In this document: positions 37,016-47,700 of the stretch, piece after piece
Layout of the letters: every line of letters begins with the position of its first letter
Numbering within the stretch: position 1 is the stretch's first letter
DNA from: Protoeuglena noctilucae
Taxonomy: Eukaryota
NCBI GenBank assembly: GCA_958009085.1
Contig: OY253682.1
Coordinates: 62,001 to 126,000, forward strand
Length of the DNA stretch: 64,000 nucleotides
Reading direction: 5' to 3'
Program-made: the position numbers and the translations under genes
Notes under the pieces: model-generated
Told to the model about the DNA's origin: nothing
Seen by the model: only the letters and a program-made list of their open reading frames with translations
The model's database searches: none

Positions 37016-38155
37016 AGGCCCCGACATCACTGGGCACCGCAACAGCACTGTAGCAGTGCGTGCGCACCAACAGCACTGCGCTGCAACAGCACTGCAGCAA
37101 CAGCACTGCGCCCCAACAGCACGCCACTGCGCCGGTGCTGGTCCGCCCCGCATCCGCCGCACCCCCCCGGCTCTCCGCCCTTTGCTGGCTCCCCTCCCCC
37201 GTCAGTCGCTGCCGCGTGCACCGACGAGCTCTCTGCCCCAGCAGGTCCTGTTGCGTGCATCGATGGGGCCTCTGCGCCACCGGACCTCCCTCCCGACCAC
37301 CCCACTCCGCCCCTCGCTGCTGCCGAGCCGGCCCCGCGCACCGTAGCTTTGCACGTCCAACTCTCGAGCCATACCCTCTCCCGCGACCCTCGCCTGTTCC
37401 CAGTGCCCTGATCGTCGTTTGTCGTTTGTCGTTTGTCGTTCTAGCCATGTTAGCCGCCTAGCTCTCTCTTAGCCCTAGACTAGCTCCTTTAGCGCATGTT
37501 GTGTTCTGGTTGTGTTGCTAGCCCCACCCCGCCTGTGTCCGTTAGACCTAGCCTGGTAGATCCTAGCCGCGCCACCCTCGCCCTTTCCGCGCCCCTTTGT
37601 TTCCCGTCGTTGGCGCCAGCATCGTCACCACCCCTGCGCGTATGCGTTCCCTCCGCGCAGCAGAGGCGGCAGAGGTTGTCCTCGTACCGCCGCCCGCACG
37701 CGCACACCCCACCTTTCGCACCCTCGAGGTCGACTGCATTGGGCCTTTCTCCGCTCTCCGTGGGGCGAAGTGTCCCCGCGGAGTGGAATCCGAGCCCGCC
37801 ATTCGCCGCGGGCGTGATTTCAGTCTTTGAGGGCAGTTTCCGTGCTTCGTTGAACTGCTGCAATACACGGCTGCCACGCCGGCAGGGTTGCCGGCTGCAG
37901 CATGCCAGAAGCAAGGCCGCGCCAGCGTTCCAAAACGCATTGCGCGCGACGGAGATCGTCATCCGCGAGAAGCGAGCCACGTGACAGCATCGAAGCGTCG
38001 CGAGGCAGCAGAGAAAGGGTTTTTCTTGTGCACCCGCGCCTGCGCGTCTCAGTATTGGTTTCCTGGCGCGTCGAAGGGCTTCCCTTCGCTCGACTTGCAG
38101 CCCTGCAATCGAAACATCGAGTCGCGCCGGTCTTGCCTGGTTCCGGCCGGCGGGC

Positions 38156-39868
38156 ATGTCGCGCGCCCCAGCTGTCGTCCGCATCAAGCGAAAGCGGGAC
38201 GCAGCGGCCCCCGATGTGCTCCTCCTCGAGTATGAGTCGACCGCAAAGCAAGTGAGTCGAATTATGCATCGGTCAGGCCGGCGCTTCCCGCAAATGGACC
38301 TTGCGCTGGGGGCGGCGGCCGACTGTTACGCCTGCAGCCATGCGTGGGCTCTCTACACGAGGCTTTTGCCCGCCCCTGCATTTCATGCGAAAACGAGTCG
38401 TTATGAATCGATGCATGGCCGCCTCTCGCGCAGGATCGGCTGGCGGCAGGCCTCGCGAGCGTGAGCCTGGCGTCGGGCGGTGCCGTCCAGGCCTCCGCGC
38501 CGACGGGCACGTCGACGCGCAAGTTCCGGCGCCTGACGACCGTCGAGATGGACAGCTACCTGAGGGACGCCTCCGTGGCCGGTGGAGTCCTCGAGCAGGT
38601 GGCGCAGAGGCTGCGACCCAAAGCAGCGAGTGCGCCCGCCGACCCCCAGCCGGTTTCCGCGGAGCCCCGCACCGGAGACGCATCCATAACTCCTTCTCCT
38701 GCCGTTGACTCGGCCGACGGGGGCGATGCGCTGCTCGCCGCTTTCCCGTGCGTGGACGTGGAGATGGAGCGGGTGCTGGGGCGCGCGGGGCCGGGCGCGG
38801 AGGCCGAGGGGACCGCAGGATCTATTCCTGAGACGCACGATATGGGTAAGTTCGCAGGGATCCGGCGCGGCCGTGTCCGCAGCACCGGCGGGCGCCCAGA
38901 GCTCGTTTTGCACATGCGTTTGGAAAAAAGCGGCCGCTGCGGCCTCCGGATCCCGCGCCCGCCGCGCCTGCAGTTTACGACATCTATTGCGCGGACAGCG
39001 ACGAGGACGGCGTGGACTGGGAGGTCCCCGCGGGCGGCGCGTGGGTGCCAGTGTTGTCGTTGGGCGATGATGGGGAGTGGGTGTTGGAGCACGTGGGCGC
39101 GGGGGCGGATGAGGAAGACGTCGGGGCGGTGGACGACGAGGATTCGAACGCAGGTGGGATGAGGCGAAGTGTTCGCGTTTGTCTGTGCGTTTGTCCGTGT
39201 GCCTGTCTGGCGGAGCAACGCCTTAGCGCCCGTCGCTGATTGAGGGAAGCCATGGTAGCGGTGTCTGCTGATCATCGCAGAAGATCATTGGGCGAATGAC
39301 TATCCCGATGAGCCGGGGGAGTCCGATGACTCGCGGGGCCTGGATGATGAGGGGTCGCTGGATGACCGCATGGGGATGAGGGGGGGTGGGCATGCGGGGG
39401 GGAGGGGGTCGTCGTGGGAAGAGGAGGTGAGGGGAGAGGGGTGAAGGGATTGAAGGGATTGAGTAGTGAGGGGTGAGGGATGTGAGGGGATGTGAGGCGT
39501 GGCAAGGGGTGGTGAGGGGAGTGCAGATAGGGAGATAGGGTGGAGTGGGGTGCAGAGGAGTGGGGCGGGTGGTGTCGTGCCATGGCTCTGCACTGCCTGT
39601 GCCCCTTCTTTCTAATCCATCATCCCTGCGTTCGTCGCACTGTGAACCAACCCCGGTCCCTTCGCTTGCTCAACAGGGCTCCGATCTCAGCAGCGGCGAT
39701 GGCAGTGAGAGCGAGTTCCGATTCAGCAGGCACGGGGGCCTCGGGGGCGGAGGGGACAGCGTGGAGGGGGGGGCCGCTGGACGCGTTTTGAATGCCACGC
39801 TGACTGGTTTTGAATGTGGAAGTAACTGTGAGCTGACTGCGGCATGTTTCGATTCAATGCGGCAATGA
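38156..39868 (+). CDS. IWR1: IWR1 / DMS4(RDM4)-like RNA polymerase II nuclear import factor; multi-exon
   Basis: N-terminal VVRIKRKR, a VYDIY motif and the spliced acidic signature DDEDSNA/EDHWANDYPDE typical of Iwr1. Confidence 0.85.
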
Positions 39869-39943
39869 CCTATCATGGCTGGTTGGCGCCACTCATCATG
39901 GCGAGACGTGGCTCATGAGGGACATGACTCATATGCATATATA

Positions 39944-42900
39944 TCAACTATGGTCCACCCCCATGTCTATCTCCACGGCCAGCCACTTGTGGTCTGACAT
40001 GGAGTAGTCGTGGTTGCCCAACGCACGCGACACCACGCGCGCCGAACGCACCATCACCCAGTCCAGCTTGCCCCTGCGTGACGAGGGGGGCGCAGTGGGC
40101 ATAGTGTTATGATATGAGAAGATCTCTTATTATATCTACAATACTTGGACATAACATGACCCCTCACCTGAGCAGGTTGAGCCCCAACACGCCCTCCCCT
40201 CCCGCCCCTCTCTACCCCCCACCCCCCACGCCAACCCCTCACCTGAGCAGGTTGAGCCCGCACAGCCGCTTGCTCGACACCTCGAGCGTCACATCCCTCC
40301 TGGCATCAAAGGGGTCCCAGAACCCCGGATTGAGCGCGTCGCGGCACGTTTGCGCGTCCGCCCCCCACCGCCGCAGATGCCGGTTGATGGGTCTCCCGGT
40401 GCCGTCAGCTGCCAGGTCGCGAGGGTCGGTGTCGTAGAGGGGGCCCAGGGGCTGGCCTCTGTGAGTGGGGAGAGGGGGAGGGGAGAGGTGAGGAGGGGTG
40501 GTGAAGAGGGGTGGTGAGGGTCAATGTGGTAGAGGGGTCCCAATGGCTGGCCTCTGGGAGAGGGGAGAATGGTGAAGGGGAGGTGAAGGGGGGTGGTGAG
40601 GGTGTTGTTGGTTTGAATGGAGAGGGGTGTTAGTGTCACACACACACCCTCACCTCGACCGCCTCATCAGCAGCAGGCACCCCTCGAAGCACCCCCCCGC
40701 CACGTCCTTCACCACCTCCAGAGGCTCCTCCTCAAACCCCGACATCCCCGTCAATCCACGCCGACGCAAGTGCACCTGGGAAGGGGCAGACACCAGCCCC
40801 GCACCCACAGTGCCACTCGCACTGGACTGTGTGGCCCACAGCCCATCACCCTCCCCACGCGCACCACCACCCACACCCGACTGTGTACCCCACAGCCCCT
40901 CTCCCTCCCCGACCCCACCCACACCACCACCCGGCATGTGGGTTAACACTGTCCCCTCCCCCCACGCCGCGCTGTCTGACGCAGCACCGTTGCCATCCCC
41001 AAGTGCAGCCCCCAACAGCGGCTGATCCTCTCTCTCGCGACGCCGCTGTGCCTCGTCACGCCGCTTACGCCCCTCTCCCTCCTCTGCTTTCCCTGCTTGA
41101 GCGTCCCCACCCTCTCTCCCTTTCCCGTTCGCACCCTCGCCCTCGCCCTCACCCTCGCTGTCACTGTCGCTGATAGGGCAAACTCCGTACTTAGCCCACT
41201 TATCCACCGCACCCGCATTGCCACTACGCCCACCCACACCCGCACCCACACCCGCACCCGCACCCGCACCCTCGCCACCCCCCCTCGCCCACAGCGACGC
41301 CCAACGACGCGACACCCACCCACCCCACGACGCACCCTTGTTCTGCACATCCCCACCCGTCACATCCCCCTGCCCACCCCCACTCCACATCATTGCTCGC
41401 CGCACCCTCATCCCAGGTAAGCAGCCCCCTCTCGCCCTCTGCTGCCCAGCCACCTCTTCTAAAGCCATTCTCCTAGACCCAGGGGATAAGCAGGAGCCTT
41501 GGTGCAGGCGATAAAGGTTTGAATCCTGGGGCATGCTCTGCGCCCCGCTCAGGCCCCCACCCCACGCCGCACTCCCCCCCATGTGAGCCGTGAGACCACC
41601 TGCATCGTTACTGACAGCCCCGTTCGCAGCCCCGCTTGCCCCACCGCTGCCCTCAGCCCCACCGTTCGCCACACCCACCCCATCCCCATCCGCCCCCCAC
41701 CGTATCTCCTCTTCCCTCGCACTGGGCACCGCACTCCCAAACGCCCCCTCCCACGCACCCCACTGCCCCTCAGTCCCTTCCTTCCCCTCTCCCCGCCTCC
41801 CCCACTCCGCACCCTCCCCACCCCCACACTCGCCCCCCAACGCAGCATCATCCCCACTCTCCCCCACCCCAGCATCACCCCCACTCTCCCCTATGCCAAC
41901 TCCAGCATGAACGTCACCACCCACCCCCACGCCACCCCCCCGCGGGCTGTAATCCTCCGTCCGCCCCCTGCCCCCATCCCCATCCCCCGCACGCCCCGAC
42001 CCCTCCTCTGTCCCTGCCTCCGACCCCCCACTCCCACGCTTGGCAACCACCACAGCTCCTACTCCCAGCCTATCACGGCTTGAACGATCGTCACCATTGG
42101 CTCTTAGCGTATCAAAGCCAGGGCGACCGTCATCACCCACTCCCCGCCCACCACCCTCCCGCCCCACTCGCTCCTCAGTCCATTCGCCGTCTTGCGAACA
42201 TGGCTCGAGATTGGGTGGTGGCGCGGGGTGGCGGTGGTGGGACCAGTCGGGCGGCAGGGTGAGACTGGGAGGGGTGTCAATGGCGTGATCGATGTTTGAT
42301 GTTAATGATGCGTGGGGCTGGGACCAGGGCCAGCCAGGCGCTGTGTGAGACGGGGAGGAAGCGGGATGGGCTGACTTGGACGGGTTTGGTTGGGAAGAGG
42401 ACGGTCCGGCTGTGTCGGGTCTCAGTCCCTTGAGGCGGGGGTCGTGGGAGAAGGAAGAGTCCATCACTGCGGGGGTGGGTGAGGGGCAATGGTAAGAGTG
42501 GGAGTAGGTGCCAGCTAGGATGGTGGGAGCGCGTGAGGTGCGATAGGTGGGAGTGGCAGCATGACGCGGGCCCACACCTCCCTCAACCCATTCAGATCTC
42601 TTGCTAACTGTAGTTTTGCTCACCTGGCAGCACGTAGTGTGCCCACACTTCGGCCTCCATCCACCCGAAGCTTTTGTACCGCAAAGCATCGTTGGCGTAG
42701 ATGGGTGCCAGTCTCGCCAGTCCGTGCGCCATTGTGTTGAGGTCACCTGACAGGATTTGAACGTCGCGGCCCAGAGAGGACTGGGGGTGGGGGGGGCAAG
42801 GGGGAGGGGTGTGGTTGGGATGTGTTCAAAGGAGTGGTAAGGGAGGGATGAGGGTGGTGTGAGGGGTGGTGATGGAGGGGCGAGGGAGGGCATCAAATGC

Positions 42901-44265
42901 CAGCCATCAACCCATTAGCCACCCAACTCATTCAACATATACCCACTTGCCACCGACCCATTCAGCATACTATAACCACCCCCCCCCACTCACATGCCGC
43001 CTCGCGTCCGCAAAGACGTCCGCGAGCTGACTGAGGCGATCCAGCGCCCCGCAAAAGACCTCAAAGTGAGCCGAATACGCCACCAATGGCCCCGCATTGG
43101 GGATTGACAGGCAGGCGCCCAAAGTCACGCGGCCCCCCTTGCGTGGCTCCACCAATGGCAGCACGTGCCATTTGTTGGTCCAGTCGATCGGCTGAGCGCG
43201 GTGTATTACTGCCCAGGCCTGCGGGGGCGAGCAGGGTGAGGTGGGGTGGGGCTGTGTGGGGAGGTGGGCTGTGAGGTGGGGTGGAATGAATGTGGCTGTG
43301 TGGTGCGGTGCGGTGCATACTCTGTCACTGTCATACTAAGTTCTGCGTCATCATACTGGCTCCTGTCATCATTCTGACTAATCCCATCCTGGTCTCGCCT
43401 CGTCGATGTCGAACCGCGAGAGGATGGCGTTGCCGTGCACGCCCCCTCCCTGACTGCGGGCGCTGCGCCAGGAAGACCGGTACTCGTGGAACTCCACCAC
43501 CATCGCGTACGCGAGGCCCAGCGATCGCGCGATCTCCACGCCCGTGTCTGCGCGCGCCGTCGGGGAAAGCGCGGGGCGGTGGCTGCAGCTGGAAAGCAGG
43601 CAGTGCTGCATCGACCCGCGCGCGTCGCTTACCGACTGAGCCGCTGCGCTCGCATCCCCAGTCTATCTCCTGAAGGTACAGGACGTCGGCGTCCAGCAGA
43701 CGAAGCTCGTCGATGATTGCTGGGAGCTCGTAGCCTCGCTCGATGTTCCACTGCAAAGGGCGGTCGCTGCGCCTGTTCCGAGGGCCGTGCGGACGGCGGA
43801 TGGACCCCGGCGATAGATTAACATATAAACATATGAAAACCAGCTTCTCGGAGCCCACACCTGCACGATGCGCACGGGCGCGTGGGGATCCCTGCCCGCC
43901 AGTGCCGCCCTCGTCGACGACGACCGGAAGTCGGCCCGCACGATCTCGAAAGGCTCTGCGGCTCAGATGAAACACAAGGATCGCGTCGTCACTAGGGTCC
44001 CGCATCTGACCGCACAGGCGACGCGCTATAGGCCCGTGCCCTTCGAGGCGAGCCTCATGAGCGCGACGCGCGCTGAGCTGCGCTAGGAGGGCTCCAGCGC
44101 GACACAGCTCTCGACATGCTAATTGAGATGCGCATGACAACGCTTCCTGCTCCTCGCTCCCCCGTCTCGCGCTGAGCTGAGATCTCTTCGGTGGAATAAT
44201 GCCTGCCGCCCGCTCCAGCGCGCACCTGGGTACGGCCCTCCGACGAGGCCCTCTTCCGCAGCCAT
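39944..44265 (-). CDS. Endonuclease/exonuclease/phosphatase (EEP) family protein with large low-complexity insertion; multi-exon
   Basis: VRIVQ/WNIERG, ADVLYLQEIDWG, HGNAILSRF, YSAHFE, a GDxN-like motif near 42750, GKLDWVMV and SDHKWL are the ordered EEP catalytic motifs. Confidence 0.85.
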
Positions 44266-44705
44266 GGCAGGCGACAGCGGGGTCAGACCGCCCGCGCGGT
44301 CCAGTGGCTATCCCCCGCCAACCCTAACGTCACTTTTGCGTCACGATGGGGGACGCTTCGCATTTCAAAAGCGCGACTCGGAAACAAGCAACCACGATGG
44401 ATCCGTCAACGCCGATTCAGCTGAGCTGGAGCCTCAAGACGCGCCAGAGAGCAAACGAGCTGGCAGCGCCTGCGCCAGTCGCTCGACATGGGCGCCCTGT
44501 TGAATGCAAATGCCCCTGCCTTGGCACGAGACAGAATCTCATAGCCCGTTTCTGATAGTGCGCCCCTCCCCGACAGCGTAAGGGGGGCGGGGTTTGTGGC
44601 ACGTGGATGCGTTGCTGCCTGTAATGTCGCCATAGCGTCGTGATAAGCGGTTGCGATAGTGTCGACGCTTCTCGCACCGTCTGGGAGGGCAGCTGTGTTA
44701 AGGAC

Positions 44706-47700
44706 ATGGAGGCGACGTCGCGGGAGGGTGCCGCGGGTGCGGAGTGGCCCCTGTCGCTCTTTCTGAGGGAGTTCCCGGAGATTTTCAAAGAGCCCGATGC
44801 GGGCGTGGAAGGAGATGCGGCTGGGGGGTCCGAGAGCGCCGCGGAGGCGGCGCCCGCGAGTGCGGACGCTGCGAACGCGGCCGAGACAGATGGGGCGGTG
44901 GAAGAGGGGGAGCAGGGGCCCGCCGGGGAGGACGGATTGGAACGGCAGCGGAGCGCAGACCCCTACGGTTACAAGGCCCGGTTGAGGGCGATCGAGGAGG
45001 AGGTGAGCGGGGTTCAGAGCGTCAGGAGAACATCTGCTGGGGGCCGCGACGGAGGTGGGCCGAGGGAGCACCTGTGGGACGCGCGCCATCACCCAGTTGC
45101 TTGGAATGACTGAATCAAAGCGCGCAAACTACCGTTCGGCGCTTGTTTTCCACGGAGCTTCGAATCCCACGCTCGCTTTCTTTGCGGCTTTGCGGGCAGG
45201 GACTCTCACCGCACGAGAAGCCTCACACGCATTTGGGATTCCATCATGTCACGCTTGACGTGCGCGCTTTGCGATGCGGCCCCTCCCATCGCGCGCGGAG
45301 GCTTGGCCCAGGACGCTTCCGTCGTGGCCCCCGTTTGCAGTTCGCGAGCGCGGTCCAGGAGGCGGATAAGATGGAGCGCTATCTGCATGAGAAGTACAGG
45401 GCAGCGCGCGAGGCGGAGGCGTTGGAGGAGGCGGAGAACGACGCCAAGTTCACGCCCATGTGGCGCCAGGTGCGGCTCCCGCTGTGTCGCGGCTCGCTGG
45501 GGCTTCTAGACTTCTGCCGTCAGCACCAAAGCAGTATGCAATCGCTGCAACGACTGGCACCTTGACTCGATCTCCGGGCCCCCGCGATGCCGCAAACGCG
45601 CCCGCTTTCGCCGTCGCACAGACGGGCCTGCCCATGAAGCCCTCTCCGCTGGACCTGGACCCCAACTACATGGCGTCGCTGCAAATGCTCGACTCCAAGG
45701 CCCTCCTGGACCGCCTCGAGTCGCATAAGCGGCGCGAGCTGGGTGAGCAGGGGGTCGCATGCCTCCGCCCACCGCTCCCGCGCCGCGCGTCGGGGCCGGG
45801 CGCGGACCGCGCGCCTCGTGACACCTGCATCTCTTCGTGTATATGAATGCGCAATTACTCGGGGCCCGCAACTTGCCTCCCCACGGCCGTCACGCTTCAA
45901 TTCCCACCCGCATTTTGCCGTCGCCCTTTCCTGAGCCCCGCCCTCGCCCCTCGCCCGCAGCCCCGCCCCAGACCCACGAGTTTATGGAGCCCGAGGCGCG
46001 TCTGAATTACCTAAACACGACGGCCGCGTTCGACAGCTACAAGGCGGCGCAGGGTCCGAAAGCGACCAAGAGCCGACTGAGACGCACAATGGAGGCAACG
46101 TGGGCAGCAGAGCAGGCCATGACGGGGGCAGGGCCGCCGATGCGGGGCACGGGGACGCTCTTCGGCCTCACATCCACCACCAGGTGCGGGGCGCAAGTTG
46201 GGGGGTAGAAGGGCGCTGTTGATTGCACGCGTGCGCATGCGATGGGTGGCCACTCTGCAGCGACCCTCGCTGTCAGCCCCACTCACTCTCTGCTCCGCAC
46301 ACGCACTGCTCTGCACCCCACCCGCACCTTCGACACCGCTTGCCCGACACACTCCCACCCTCATCCCCACTGCTACCCCCACCCCCACCCCCCCTCACCC
46401 TACTACCCCCCAGATGGGCTGACCTGCCCCCCGAGGAGGTGGAGGGCAAGATGCGCGTGTCAGAGCAGCGTCGGCGGGAGATGATGGCCCACATGGACAA
46501 CGAGCAGATGGACCGGGAGATGGAAGTGCTAAAAAGAATGAACCAGAAGGTGGAGTTTCGCAGGAACCCCCGGTTCGTGGAGGGGGCGCAGGCGGGTCTG
46601 AGGGACGCGGAGGTGTTGGCCAAGGGGGGCCTGCCGGCATTGCAAAGGACGCTGGTCGAGGCCGGGCGCATCACGCGGGGAGGGGCGGGGGCGAATTCGA
46701 GCGCGAGCGCGAGCGCGAGCGCGGCGGCGAGGAAGCACGCCGTGGTGCGGACCCGGGCGGCCATGGGGACATCGCTGCGGCACCCGCTGGCCAGCGACCC
46801 GGTGAGTGTGGGGGGGGGGAAGGAGGGGGTTGGGTAGCAGAGACATGGGTAGGGTTATGAGGGGCTGCGGCACCCGCCGGCCAGTGACCCGGTGAGGGAC
46901 TGGGGGGATGGGTGGGTGAGAGGGACTGGGTGCACACTAGTGGGGGTATGGGTGGCGTGGCCAGTGCTCATGGCAGCGTCGATGTTGGCTGGCAGTCACT
47001 GCTGGCAACGATGCACTCACTCACTCATTCACTGCCACACCCCACCACCCACCACTCAACCCCACCCAACACCCCCCTCACTCACCCACCCCTCACCCAC
47101 ACCCACACCCCCCCCGTCTCCCCCTTCCCCCCCCAAAGGGCCCCGGCGTGGTGGCTGAGCCCGGCCACGTGGAGTTCCGCGAGTACCACCCCGGCGGTTA
47201 CTTCGAGGCAGAGGTGGCTCTGCGGAACGTGTCGGGGGTGCTGAGGCGCATACGCGTGATGCCCACGAGGACGCAGTACTTCCAGGGTGAGAGGGTGTGA
47301 GTGGGTGTGGGTGTTGTGCATATACCTTATGTCTTTGGGTCCACTCTCACCCCAAGTCTCTTCCCCAACAGGTTCATCCTGTCACCCACCCTGACACCCC
47401 CTCACCCCCCCCCCCAGTCCAATCGGTGGAGTTCCCCGACTCGCCCACCGGCGTCATCGCCCCGGGCTTGCACTGCCTGGTCCGGGTTCGATTCTCGCCG
47501 GACTCCCTAGCGGACTACGACGACGCTTTAGAGGTCACCACGGACGTCGGGCCCCTCTCCGTGCCCCTGCTCGGCCGCCGCCCGCCCCCCAGCCTCACAT
47601 TGCTAAGAGATATTGATTGCGGGGCAGCGGTGGTGGGCAACTGGCGCGTCATGCGCCTGCCCTTCGCCAACCTGGGCGGGGATGGCGCATTCCGTCTCGT

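Noticed and set aside
36750..38100. Possible small minus-strand gene (MQSTSRVRK... with a GT donor near 37710)
   Set aside because: No recognisable domain, and I could not build a convincing phase-consistent exon chain.
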